Below, piece after piece: positions 14,074 to 26,740 of a stretch of DNA of 64,000 nt (its first letter is position 1; each line of letters opens with the position of its first letter). The notes under the pieces were generated by a model. That model made no database searches, was not told the DNA's origin, and worked only from the letters and a program-made list of their open reading frames with translations. The DNA comes from Octopus vulgaris (lineage: Eukaryota). The stretch spans positions 35,898,001 through 35,962,000 of the forward strand of contig OX597818.1 in assembly GCA_951406725.2 (NCBI GenBank), read 5' to 3'. The position numbers were made by a program, and so were the translations under genes.

Positions 14074-14085
14074 ATATGTGTATGC

Positions 14086-14124
<39 letters not shown>

Positions 14125-14337
14125 ATGTGATATATATATATCAATATTATGTATGTATATGTGTATGCATTCAACCGCAATTGGAAAACGAAGAGTTGAC
14201 ACTGATAAAATCTGAAACTAGATTCATAAGTAAAAGACGAAAAGTATTCGTTGTTAAATCTCCATTGTCTCAAACATTGCCCCACAGACGTCTAAATTGG
14301 AAGTAAATAGCGACCAATGTTAATCTGAATAGCGCCA

Positions 14338-14451
14338 AATAGTAATTGACTCTCTAATAATGAAAAGAATTTATGCAATGACCGGCATAATCTGATATGT
14401 AATTACTGGGGTTTTTTTCGCTCAGAAAGAATGTCTTGTATGTCTATCTAT

Positions 14452-14498
<47 letters not shown>

Positions 14499-14609
14499 AC
14501 TATCATTCTCTCTCTCCTTCTTTCTCTCTCCTTCTCTCTCTCTCTATTTTTCTCTCTCTATATATATATATATACATACAAACATAAATATATATATATA
14601 TATATATAT

Positions 14610-14701
<92 letters not shown>

Positions 14702-14799
14702 CAACGAGACGTTCTTTCTGAGACAAAAAAACATTAATTACACGTTAAGTTATGCCGGTCACTACATAAATTCTTTTCATTATTAGTGTCAATTCCTAT

Positions 14800-14800
<1 letters not shown>
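14338..14800. repeat. Foldback element with ~105-bp inverted arms around (CTAT)n..(GATA)n
   Basis: 14338-14445 is the imperfect reverse complement of 14697-14800 (TAATAATGAAAAGAATTTATG / CATAAATTCTTTTCATTATTA). Confidence 0.8.
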
Positions 14801-14859
<59 letters not shown>

Positions 14860-14899
14860 AATATATATATATTAATATGTATATATGTGTGTATGCATG

Positions 14900-15030
14900 A
14901 CGTAGAGAGGAGAGGCCGGTTTACATGGCCGATTGCTGGTCTTTCATAAACAACTTTGCCCGGACATGTGCCTGGGAGGGTAACTTTCTAGGTGCAATCC
15001 CATGGTCATACGTGAACAAAAGGGGGTCAC
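14900..15030 (+). mobile_element. 3' tail fragment of SINE family C (RTE-like tail)
   Basis: Matches the tail of the element at 27212-27532 (CATAAACAAC..TTTCTAGGTG..CCCAT.GTCAT). Confidence 0.65.
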
Positions 15031-15031
15031 A

Positions 15032-15091
<60 letters not shown>

Positions 15092-15432
15092 GTTCAATTG
15101 AGCTCTTCAAGGTGGTGTCTCTGCGTTACGGACTACATCCGAGCACAATGAAAGGTAAAAGATGGAATTCGAACCCCCTACTCACCAAGAGCTTGATATA
15201 TAAGAGATTAGGTTAACGAAACCTTAAGACAGTCTTTCACTTTAGAAAAATGTAAGTGAAATCAGAAATGACCGCCGAAACAAGCAATACCAAAATTCCT
15301 TAAAAAATGAATCAAAGAAGAAAGGGAATTCAGCAACCAAAGAAATTGGGATGATGTAACAAGCTGTATACCCCAGTCAGAACGGCGTGTTCTGCTGTGC
15401 CTCTCGGGCATAATAGCAAAAGCATTGCTTAA

Positions 15433-15663
15433 GGCGGCGAACTGGCAGAAACGTTAGCACGCCGGGCGAAATACGTAGCCGTATTTCGTCTGCCACTACG
15501 TTCTGAGTTCAAATTCCGCCGAGGTCGACTTTGCCTTTCTTCCTTTCGGGGTCGATTAAATAAGTACCTGTTACGCACTGGGGTCGATATAATCGACTTA
15601 ATCCGTTTGTCTGTCCTTGTTTGTCCCCTCTGTGTTTAGCCCCTTGTGGGTAGTAAAAAATAT
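15433..15663 (+). mobile_element. SINE family B monomer with TSD
   Basis: AAAAGCATTGC at 15418-15428 and 15664-15674. Confidence 0.88.
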
Positions 15664-16560
15664 AAAAGCATTGCCGTGGAAAATGGTCAGCAGCACCCAG
15701 TACAACAGCCACCTACTTCGCGGGGGTCATTTCTCAGACGGGTCGCTGTCATATCGATTTTACAGAGAAAATCAGGCGTTGGGGCGGGTGTCGAAGAACA
15801 TCTGAGGTCTCGAGGGTGAACGACACGAACAGATAACAACCGGTCAAACACCGATATTTAATTATCTTCCTCTTCTCTGCACATTGCGGGCGGTGATACT
15901 CATGTTTGTGGCCAATGCGGTAATTCTGGTGGCGGAGAACGCATCGCATCGCGTATGGCGGAGCACGTCGCATCCCAGATTAAGGATTTCAGCCGTATGT
16001 TATAATATAAATTATCATTCTTCTAGATTAAGTGTATTATTAATTCCCTTTCAATTCAAGATACCCAACCAACGAAATACTACATGGTTCTGTGATTGCC
16101 CTGTCTGCGTCGTTTTTTATGACATCTCGTGAACTACAAGGTCAAAGTGTTTTATGAATGTTCACTAATTAATTTTAACAAATTGTTTTACACTATTATA
16201 GTGCTATTTACGCCTACATTGAAAACAACACTAGATATGCGAAAAATTGAGTGCAGTAGTAATACATTCCCACACGTAGTTATAAAGCAATCCGTTACTC
16301 TTCACACGTCTGCAGCGTATTCCATTGTTCTATTTTTCATTTCACTTTTGGGATTGCAGCCGTTGTAGTTAATAAGCTTAGTCATTACATACACCCAACA
16401 TTCCGTTTAACACTTACTCAGAAGATTTAAATTTTTTTTGAGATTAGAAAATCTCATTTTAGTGAGATGCGTTTTCTATTTATATGATATCGGCTCCCAC
16501 ATTAGATTTGTGAAAAAAAAACAAAAAAAAACAAGTTTATTCACAAATAAACGGTATATA

Positions 16561-16958
16561 GGCGCAGGAGTGGCTGTGTGGTAAGTAGCTGGCTTACCAA
16601 CCACATGGTTCCGGGTTCAGTCCCACTGCGTGGCATCTTGGGCAAGTGTCTTCTGCTATAGCCTCGGGCCGACCAATGCCTTGTGAGTGGATTTGGTAGA
16701 CGGAAACTGAAAGAAGCCTGTCGTATATATGTATATGTGTGTGTGTGTGTGTATGTTTGTGTGTCTGTGTATGTCCCCCTAGCATCGCTTGACAACCGAT
16801 GCTGGTGTGTTTACATCCCCGTAACTTAGCGGTTCGGCAAAAGAGACACCGATAGAATAAGTACTGGGCTTACAAAGAATAAGTCCCGGGGTCGATTTGC
16901 TCGACTAAAGGCGGTGCTCCAGCATGGCCGCAGTCAAATGACTGAAACAAGTAAAATG
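16561..16958 (+). mobile_element. Full-length SINE family A (tRNA head, CORE-like domain, microsatellite, CR1-like tail)
   Basis: GGCGCAGGAGTGGCTGTGTGGTAAG A-box region, GGTTCAGTCCC B-box, (TA)/(TG) middle, tail to GAAACAAGTAAAA. Confidence 0.9.
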
Positions 16959-17469
16959 CGTAAAGAGAGTATATTTCACTAAAATTAAAAACAAGAAAGC
17001 TGGGTACCATCAGTATCTAAATATAACACAAAGCATCAGCACAAACGATTATCAGACCAATTCATTTGAACAACTATGACGTGGAATCCGCTTCGCTTGA
17101 TAGTGTTGATTTACCGCCTTCACCAGTTGGTTCATTGCTTTCGGTTCAATTCAAAAATATATGCGTTTAACTGTGATGACTGCTGCTTGCGTCTAGCGGA
17201 ATTGTCGACAATAGTGGCATCCCAGACTGACGAGGTGCACGGAGTGTATGTATAAGTAAAGTAAGTCACCTCGTCCGGTGGCTATTTTGATTATTGCTGA
17301 GGTCTTCAGCGTGTCGAGAACATCTTGCACTGAAATGATACCGCAGTGCGTGACGTACTTTCCGATTCTGCCAACCCACTGCTATGAGGATGGTGATGAG
17401 AATGAAGGCAACGACGACGACGATGATGGTGATGATGATGAAGAGGAGGAGGAGGAGGATTTTGAGGAA

Positions 17470-17782
17470 GATGATGATGAACTCTCCCGCCGAAGACGAC
17501 ATATGAGTGTTCAGCTTATTTTGCCGAACGACCTGCACAAATGATTTGTTTATAGAGATCATATGTATGTGCGGTACATTAGTTCGGTTCCTCCGTCAGA
17601 TCGACGTCGACGTCCCCTGACCAGGTACAGGATGTACCACACGTCAGGTGTCGAAGTGATCGCAATGCAATGTGAGATGAAGTGTTTTGCCCAAGAACAC
17701 AACGTGCCACACAATTTAAGAATTGAAACCACGATCCCACGATCGTGAGTGCAACATCGTAACCATTAGGCCATGCGCCCTC
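17470..17782 (-). mobile_element. tRNA-derived SINE (family D) ending in (CAT)n
   Basis: Minus strand GGCGCATGGCCTAATGG A-box, GTTTCAATTC B-box, TGTGTTCTTGGGCAAAACACTT core. Confidence 0.65.
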
Positions 17783-17816
<34 letters not shown>

Positions 17817-17955
17817 AATAATAATAATGATTATAATAATAATGATAATAATGATAATAATAATGATGATGATAATAATAATAATGATAATAATAATAAT
17901 GATAATAATAATAATATAATAATAATAATGATAATGAATAATGATAATAATAATG

Positions 17956-18015
<60 letters not shown>

Positions 18016-18017
<2 letters not shown>

Positions 18018-18725
18018 TCCTTATATTAGCCGCATGGACAAAGATGAGGGGGGGGGCATTATAAGGACAGTCATCAATTTACAAAGGGATTTACATAAAC
18101 GATGAAGAGAAAAAATGGAAAAGACAGAGAAAGGCGATAAAAAGTATATGTACGTAATATACAAAATGGATGATAATATGAATGATGCATTTCTCCTCAT
18201 GCAGGAGGGACTCTAACTAGGGACAATCAAGGAACCCCACAAATCCAGGATTACACTGACCACCAAAGTTATGAGCTCTCTGTCTCTCACGCTCCCCAAT
18301 CTACAAGCGCATACTTAGAGTAGGGCTAATCACTTCAACCATTTTTGCTACAGTCACCTATCTTTTCACAAATTCACTGAAGGTTACCACTTCTCTCTCC
18401 ACCCTTAAATCAGTCAATGAGAGCTCGGCCGAAGATGAAGGTATCTTTCGATAATCCTTTCTGCTTCTTCCACTACACAAGCCTCTTTCGCTATTACTAC
18501 AAGACAGAGGAGCATTGTCTGTACTGACTTGTGGTGGGGTGACACACTCACACACACACAGTAGTTTCGGCAGATAGTCGGATTCGTCCCACCCGCGATA
18601 AAAAGAGTACTCGGACTCTGCACGATTGCATGCAGAACAGCTTTATCGCTCTGCGCGCATCTGGGACAGTCCGGTCTTAGAGAGCTTCCGTGCCTGTAGA
18701 GTTTATTTCTAGCCGGCAGTGCTCC
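18016..18725 (-). mobile_element. 5'-truncated Tx1/L1-clade LINE remnant
   Basis: Minus translation ALPARNKLYRHGSSLRPDCPRCAQSDKAVLHAIVQSP (degenerate CX2CX8HX4C knuckle) then RVEREVVTFSEFVKR; 3' UTR abuts (AAT)n. Confidence 0.75.
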
Positions 18726-18996
18726 TCAATAGCACAATACTTTCTGCAATAGGCAAAGGGTTTGAAAATTTTCGGGAAATCGACCCCCAGAACTTATTCT
18801 TTGTAAGCCTAGTACTATCGGTCTTTTTTGTCGAACCACTAAGTTACAGGGACGTAAGCACACCGGCATCGGTTGTCAAGCGATGGTAGGGGGACAAACA
18901 CAGACACACAAACGTATATTGTACATATTTTATCAACCATAAAAGGATGAAAGGCAAAATCGACCTCGGTGACATTTGATCTCGAAACAACAACAA

Positions 18997-19058
<62 letters not shown>

Positions 19059-19068
19059 ATAATACTAC

Positions 19069-19125
<57 letters not shown>

Positions 19126-19420
19126 TAATAACAATGAAGATGGCGGTGCACATGATAATGATGATGGTTCATTAGCCGCAGGATTAATTATTGCATGAAC
19201 TATTTTAAAATGCAAACCTCAAGTTCGGCTATACTTCAAAAACATATTTATCAAACTTTTTTCTTTAATTTCATTGATTTCTAAAAATTGAATTCAAACG
19301 CAGTCGGTATAAATATTCAATAGAAATAAATATTATTTTCCGGAAACCAAAAAACATCAAAGTTTCTTGGTACTTGAGGGAAATAAAAATATACAAATCG
19401 CACACATACGCATACAAACG

Positions 19421-19473
<53 letters not shown>

Positions 19474-19553
19474 ACACACATCCATACATACACGCACATG
19501 CACTCTCACGCACAAGATCGCACACAAATGCTTACATGCGAATAATTACATAC

Positions 19554-19598
<45 letters not shown>

Positions 19599-20199
19599 CA
19601 CACTCGCATATGAGCTATAAATATAAACAGATAGAAAGGTAGATAACATACATATGATACACATATTACGCATGCGCGCACTTGGGAACAAAGATTTTAT
19701 AGACTAATAGAAATATATATATATATACATACACATCCATACACGCACACATACACACATATACGCACACACACACACACACACACTCATATACTTACGC
19801 ACACGCACTCATACATGCACACGCAAACACAGTCATACAGATAAGTACACACACACACTTCTAAAAACAATATTATTCAAAGGTTTGTTAGAAACTGAAC
19901 ATTGGTGAGTGAACAAATGTATCATTAATGGAAATACAGTTCACATATCACCAATAAAAAGATGCTCTCAACTCGTCTGTTCTTGAAACTAGGAATGAAT
20001 TAAGAATCAAATTTAAGATTTGTGGAGAATTACTTGAATCGAAAGGAGACAGTTGTCGTTCTCAGTTACGCACTGGGGTCGATGTAATCGACTTAATACC
20101 TATGTCTGTCCTTGTTTGTCCCCTCTATGTTTAGCCCCTTGTGGGTAATAAAGAAATAGGAAAATATATTTTTTCCCTTTTTCTTTCGTTGCCGGATAT

Positions 20200-20461
20200 A
20201 TATATGTATACGTATATATAATATATTAATAAATGAAACATATGCGTATATACATGCATATATGTACGGACCTACATCTACATGTATATATACATGCATA
20301 TATGGGTACAGGACACCAAGAAAACGTCGAACACAATGAGAAACGAAAACATAAACACAAAACCAAGGAAATGGACATTTTTCTTAAACAACGAAAAAAT
20401 AGAGTACAGGACAAATAACACAAGCAAAATTCCCCTTCTTCAGTCACCATGGTTTCATCTA

Positions 20462-20465
<4 letters not shown>
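20200..20465 (-). mobile_element. Non-autonomous (TA)n-associated element, probably a Penelope-like terminus; other copies at 50990-51265 and 50390-50480
   Basis: Near-identical reverse complement of 51015-51265 (GACTGAAGAAGGGGAATTTT..GTCCTGTACCCATATATGC). Confidence 0.6.
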
Positions 20466-20545
<80 letters not shown>

Positions 20546-20946
20546 TATACTATTTACTCATTTACTTGTTTCAGTCATTTGACTGTGGCCATGCTGGAGC
20601 ACCGCCTTTAGTCGAGCAAATCGACCCCAGAACTTATTCTTTGTAAGCCTAGTACTTATTCTATCGGTGTCTTTAGTCGAAGCAAGTAAAAGATAAAATG
20701 CATGTATTTCGTACATCGTTGTAGTTTTTACCGCCGGAAATTAAAATTTTGTCTTCGAGAGGCCTTGAGGAACATTAAAAAAATGATTCATCATTTTATT
20801 CTTTCAGAGTTCAATATCTTCTAATGGAGAGACATAATTCAGTCCTATTTGTCGATTATCTGTATGGTTTCTATCAATCAAATTCTCCTAATCAGACAAT
20901 GATCGAATTGAAGCTATAGAAAATACAATTGCACAGTAAGCACTTT

Positions 20947-21108
20947 TAGGCGTAGGAGTGGCTGTGTGGTAAGTAGATTCCTTACGAACCACATGGTTCC
21001 GGGTTCAGTCCCGCTGCGTGGCACCTTGGGTAAGTGTCTTCTACTATAGCCTCGGGCCGACCAAAGCCTTGTGAGTGGATTTAGTAGGCGGAAGCTGAAA
21101 GAAGCCTG

Positions 21109-21162
<54 letters not shown>

Positions 21163-21378
21163 GTATGCGTGTGTATATACGTTTGTGTGTCTGTGTTTGT
21201 CCCCCTACCATCGCTTGACAACCGATGCCGGTGTGCTAACGTCCCTGTAACTTAGCGGTTCGGCAAAAAAGACCGATAGTACTAGGCTTACAAAGAATAA
21301 GTTCTGGGTGTCGATTTGCTCGATTAAAGGCGGTGCTCCAACATGGCCACAGTCAAATGACTGAAACAAGTAAAAGAG
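20947..21378 (+). mobile_element. Full-length SINE family A
   Basis: Same architecture as 16561-16958. Confidence 0.9.
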
Positions 21379-22421
21379 AGAGAGATACAACGCCAGTTAT
21401 TTCCAAGTTGGGTGCTATTTCGAAACAACAAGCACAAAACCTGTCTAACTTTCCAGCATCCACGCCATAATCTTCAAAATATTGATTTCATTCAGTTTTT
21501 TACTTTTCAATAAGACAAATAGCAGGTTTCCCTATTTAGACACAAACCTATGCTATGAATAACTGAAATCTAGACGTGACTCTCTCATCTGCTGTTTTTA
21601 GACTCAGTAGCTGAAAGACTCTATATTTATGTCTCTTCCACCTACATTTCTTGTCGGAGATCTGAGTTGGTGTTTCTAGCAAGCCGAATTACCATATCGA
21701 TGAATCTTTGTTGACTCGTGATATTTTCGATATTTTTGTGTGACGGCAGAGACTAATGATATTGGTACGTCAAGAAGAGACGTCTTAACTCCAAGTGAAA
21801 TGGTTATAGCTGGTTTGAATTCAACAGAAAATATCAAACCTATTTTTTCTTAGAACAAAGAAGGGAGGCTTGATACGGTGGCTCGACTTGCTGCACACGG
21901 TTTAATTTCGCTTTCACATTTTACCGTCATAAAACTGGATACAAAGAATGATGTATTCCTAGTTACATTATGAATGAAAGAAAGATGGGATGGGATAGTC
22001 ACGGCTGAAACGCCTCCCTTTAGACTCGACTCGAGTCCGAACAGAAACGGTAAAGGGGAAAATATATTTAGTTATGTACCTTTATATCATAAATCCAAAT
22101 CTCTCTCAGTTTGAAATGGATATTCATTATTTTAAGGTTGATAACGGTCGTGGATTGACAGAATTGTTAGAGCGTCGAACAAAACGTATTGCGTTATTTA
22201 GTTACGTTCTTTATATTTTGAGTTCCTACCTCGCTAAGACTTTTACCGGTTCAGGAGGCGCTAAAATAAAGTACCAGTCATGTACTGATGTCAGTGTAAT
22301 TGACTGGTTCTTTCCCTCAGAACTGCTGCATTATGCTAGAATTAGAACCAGCAAATAAAATAGGCACTAATCTATTGCACTCTGTATAATGAGGGCAGTT
22401 ATCTAACATATTCCTTCCTAG

Positions 22422-22567
22422 AGACTGGACCTCCGAAACAGGCCGGAAGAAATAAGATCGATCTTACTAGCCTAAACTGGAAACTTGATCCAAATAATTG
22501 TCTTAGCACTAACTCCACTAAGATTAAGCAAGAGCAATGTGATGAAGTTAAATTGGTCGTCGAATGA
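22422..22567 (+). CDS. Candidate terminal coding exon, unknown product
   Basis: CTAAC branch-like site, TTCCTTCCTAG acceptor, 47 open codons (TGPPKQAGRNKIDLTSLNWKLDPNNCLSTNSTKIKQEQCDEVKLVVE*), AATAAA near 22827; no homolog recognised. Confidence 0.2.
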
Positions 22568-23723
22568 AGCCTACCACCTAATGCCTGGGAAACTTTTTTC
22601 TGCGGGCTTCCATATAATCACTGTTTATCGAGTTTCTCTCATAATACTCGGATTCTACCTACTGCTACTTTATAAAGAATTTATGTTTTATAAAGTAGTG
22701 TGTAATGTAATCGAACCGAACAGCCGTTTAGTGGAATCGAACCGGGACTGCGTGATTGTGAAGCAAAACTTATTAACCATAATGTTATGCCTGTGCTCAC
22801 TATCCAATAGCTGGAACCTGCAAAAGAATAAAAAAATATATATAAATAGATTCAAGGGCAGTTATTTTTAAGGGTAAGTGTATAATACATGGAATCTGTC
22901 TTGCCTCAAGGCAATTAAATGCAAAGTCGTTCTTGGCGGGATATGAAATCAGACTGTAGAAAGATGAAACTAAATACTGCAGGCATTTATTCCAGCCAGT
23001 ATTTCACAACTTCTGCCATCATACCACCTTCACACACTGGATTGATATTATAAAATAATTCCATAAGTTAGAACACCTGGAGATAGCAGTAATTGCTAAT
23101 AGATCGCGCCAGCTAAAGACTTATAAATAACACGAAAGTGTCAGCATGATATGAACAATATGAGAATTCCAGGTGAATTCCGTTCATACAATGAGTCCTA
23201 GCAGTTGAAGTTAATCGAATCTTTTAAATTGGGAGTTTATAAGATGAAGGATTTTTCCAACAGTTATTTCTTCATTGAAATAAATGACGTTTAAATATTT
23301 CTGTTATCTCCATTAGATGGTACGGTGAAGGTCATTGTTGATGCAAGCGCTGAAACACGCATAACATACATCTACGCGTACAGCTATTAAATTCGCAGAT
23401 GAAGTTTAAATACGCTTTCTTATACACTTACACGCACGCACATACACAAAATGCACAGATACTCATACACATTGCGTGTACGTGTGTTCAAGTATATTTG
23501 AGCCTGTGTGCGTATGTTACATCATAGCGTGTAAAAATATCAGTGAACTACATTCTTATCCAGAAACACATTCAAATACTCTGTCAGAAATATACAATAA
23601 AGGGAGGTGAAATGCAGCAAAAGAGTATTCAAAGGAAATTTTACAAAATATAAGTCATATGTACTGTGAAAGTCACAAATGCGATATGTTGATGAAAATG
23701 TCCATAGTAATCTGAAATTTAAT

Positions 23724-23986
23724 AGTTCGATATTTAGGAGATAAGGAATTATGTACATTATGTACATTATTTACTTTATTTACATTAGACGGATATTTGG
23801 CCTCATCTTCTTTGTTGTTAACACAAAGTTTCGGCTGATATATCCTCCAACCTTCATCAGGTATCGAAACTGGGTTCTCATTCCTAAGATATTTTTCGAT
23901 GTTATTATTATTATTATTATTATTAGTGGTTAAGAGCGCGGGCTACTAACACCAAGATTCCAAGTTCGATTCCAGGCAATGACCTG

Positions 23987-24060
<74 letters not shown>

Positions 24061-24219
24061 TGATGATGATGATGATAACATCGAAAAATACCTTAGTAAT
24101 GAGAACCCAGGTTCGAAATTTCTCCAAGATACCTGATGAAGGCTGGAGGGTATATCAGCCGAAACGGTTTGTTAACAACAAACAAAATGAGGACAAATAT
24201 CCGTCAAATGTAAATAATG
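23724..24219 (+). mobile_element. Penelope-like non-autonomous element: inverted terminal copy, tRNA-like head, (AAT)n, hammerhead-bearing tail
   Basis: 13-bp direct repeat TCTGAAATTTAAT at 23711-23723 and 24220-24232; arms ~23762-23915 and ~24077-24219 inverted; CTGATGAA-GGCTG..CAGCC-GAAAC at 24133-24165. Confidence 0.75.
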
Positions 24220-24251
24220 TCTGAAATTTAATGTTGGTATACTTACAAATC

Positions 24252-24335
24252 TGTGGAGGCAAATTGCCTAGTGGTTAGAGCAGTGGACGCGTGGTCGAGG
24301 GATCGCAGGTTCGAATCTCAGACCGGCCGATGCGT
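24252..24335 (+). mobile_element. Head of tRNA-Arg-like SINE family E
   Basis: Matches the 5' end of 34461 and 49378. Confidence 0.75.
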
Positions 24336-24758
24336 GTGTTTATGAGCGAAAACACCTAGCTCCACCAGACTCCGGCAGAAAGTAACAAGGAACTTTTCCT
24401 TCCTTTCTTTTGTTTTTCTTTCTTCCTCTCGATCAATCATTTTTTCTCTCCTCCTCTCTCTATCTTTCTTTCCCAGGCTCTCTCTCACTCTCTCTTTGAA
24501 TAATTCACAGAACCTTGGATAAAATAAAGGTATATTTTCAAATTTCGAATCCCACCAGTATCGGATGTTTCTTAGAGGTCAACAAAATATGTATCATTCT
24601 ATTAGAGAGATCGATTACAATGGCTGTTCTCTTCTCTGAACTGGAGTATCTTTTAACTTTGTTAGAAGTCATTACTAAAACTGACAGCAGTATACAGGAT
24701 ACGTGGTTGGCGGTGAGTCGTTTGCATAATTTGTGCATAATTTGCATAGCCTACATGA

Positions 24759-24800
<42 letters not shown>

Positions 24801-24819
24801 GCGAGGAATCTAAAAGTAC

Positions 24820-25222
24820 TAGGAGCGGCTGTATGGCAAGTAGCTTGCTTACCAACCATATGGTTCTGGGTTCAGTCCACTGCGTGGCACCTGGAGCAAG
24901 TGTCTTCTACTATAGCCTCCGGATGACCAAAGCCTTGTGAGTGAAAGAAGCCCGTCGTATATATGTATATACATACATACAAACATATATGTGTGTGTGT
25001 GTGCGTGCGTGTGCGTGTATATGTTTGTGTGTCTGTGTTTTTCCCCACAACATCACTTGACAACCAATGTTGGTGTGTTTACGTCCCCGTAACTTAGCGG
25101 TTCGGCAAAAGACACCGATTGAATAAGTTCTAGGCTTACAAAGAATAAGTCTTTGGGCCGATTTGCTCGACTAAAGGTGGTTCTCCAGTATGGCCACAGT
25201 CAAATGACTGAAAAAAGTAAGA
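24820..25222 (+). mobile_element. SINE family A
   Basis: Head, microsatellite and tail present; small internal deletion. Confidence 0.85.
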
Positions 25223-25228
25223 GAGTTA

Positions 25229-25328
25229 GGCTCGAAAAGTTAAAGACTGTTTCACTTCCTGGGCGTTAATACAGCAGTTTGTTCTCTACACCACTTGTTT
25301 TCCTCAGTTGTTTTTTTTTGTGAATTCT

Positions 25329-25331
<3 letters not shown>
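25229..25331 (+). mobile_element. Penelope-like terminus; same family at 26742-26870 (-) and 27126-27212 (-)
   Basis: Shared GGCTCGAAA.GTTAAAGAC..TTCACTTC....GCGTTAA..TGTGAATTCTCC, abutting TA repeats. Confidence 0.6.
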
Positions 25332-25379
<48 letters not shown>

Positions 25380-25649
25380 GATAGATTGTTTCGAAAAAAA
25401 TTCCATCAATGACCAGCATATTAAAAAATACCTTTATAAACAAGAGCAAAAGAAAAAAATTCTAATGCCAAATATGCCGAAAAGAGACAAATCGTCAATA
25501 ACCATCGTGCTTATAGTGGTAAATTATATGGTTATTGATGATTTGTCTATTTTCAGCATATTTGGCTTTAGAATTTTTTTCTTTTGCCCTTGTTTATAAG
25601 TTTTATATATATATACATCATCACCATCATCAACGGCACCCGTCCGTAC

Positions 25650-25748
<99 letters not shown>

Positions 25749-26377
25749 GTCTAATGAAACGATAAACATACCATCCCTTAAATGAACACCTACATAAACA
25801 TATACAAATATGCACAGAGATATTCCGAAATGTATGTGTGCGTGTGTGTATCTATTTGTTATGTTACGAATGTATGTGCGCACGTATGTGTGCCAGTGTG
25901 TTAGAATAAGTTATAATCATTTGGTAGTGGAAACTGGTTATTTATATATACTGCAAATCAAATCTATTGAGATTAGATAGATACGGATAGATAGATATTT
26001 GATAGATAGATAGAATAGATTCATTTCGATAGTCAGATAGATGATAGATAGATAGATAGCATGTCTTCATACATACATACATACATATGTATGTATATAT
26101 ACACACACGCGCACAGAGAGAAAGAGAGAGAGAGAATGAGAGAAAGCGGGGGCAATTAGACATATTGAATGTATTAAATATAATAGTTTGGGTACGAAAT
26201 ATGTCTGCTCAACTTGACCCCTATTATAGCCTTTGTTTACTTTGTGGAGTCGATCCCCTATAAACACATCATAGTCTAAGTTTGAATGTTTTGAGCAATA
26301 TTAAGTGTCATTTATACTGATCATCTCTGAGACTCATATGTGGAGTATATATATGTATGTGTGTGTGTGTGCGTGTG

Positions 26378-26410
<33 letters not shown>

Positions 26411-26581
26411 TCGGGGTGAGTACTTGATAATTATAAGCACCTGTGTATACCGTTTAGTGGTGTAGGTGGTGGAGTAAATTGATCAAAATATCAATTCTAT
26501 GCTGCTGCCGCATTATGTCGTACGTGAATCCCCAACCAAGAATTTTTGATGTAACACATGTCCTTGTGGAAGCTGTTGTGC

Positions 26582-26659
26582 GCGGCTGAAGAAGGCCACA
26601 GACATACATTATGCATTGTTATAAATCTGTCTAATAAAGGCCCGAAACATATGTACCGC
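26582..26659 (+). ncRNA. Minimal type I hammerhead ribozyme motif
   Basis: GCGG-CTGAAGA-aGGCC..GGCCc-GAAAC-ATAT-GTA-CCGC: stem I GCGG/CCGC, palindromic stem III ACATATGT. Confidence 0.7.
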
Positions 26660-26696
26660 TGAATCCTTCGCATCATGTTTTTATTTTATTTTGATC

Positions 26697-26740
<44 letters not shown>

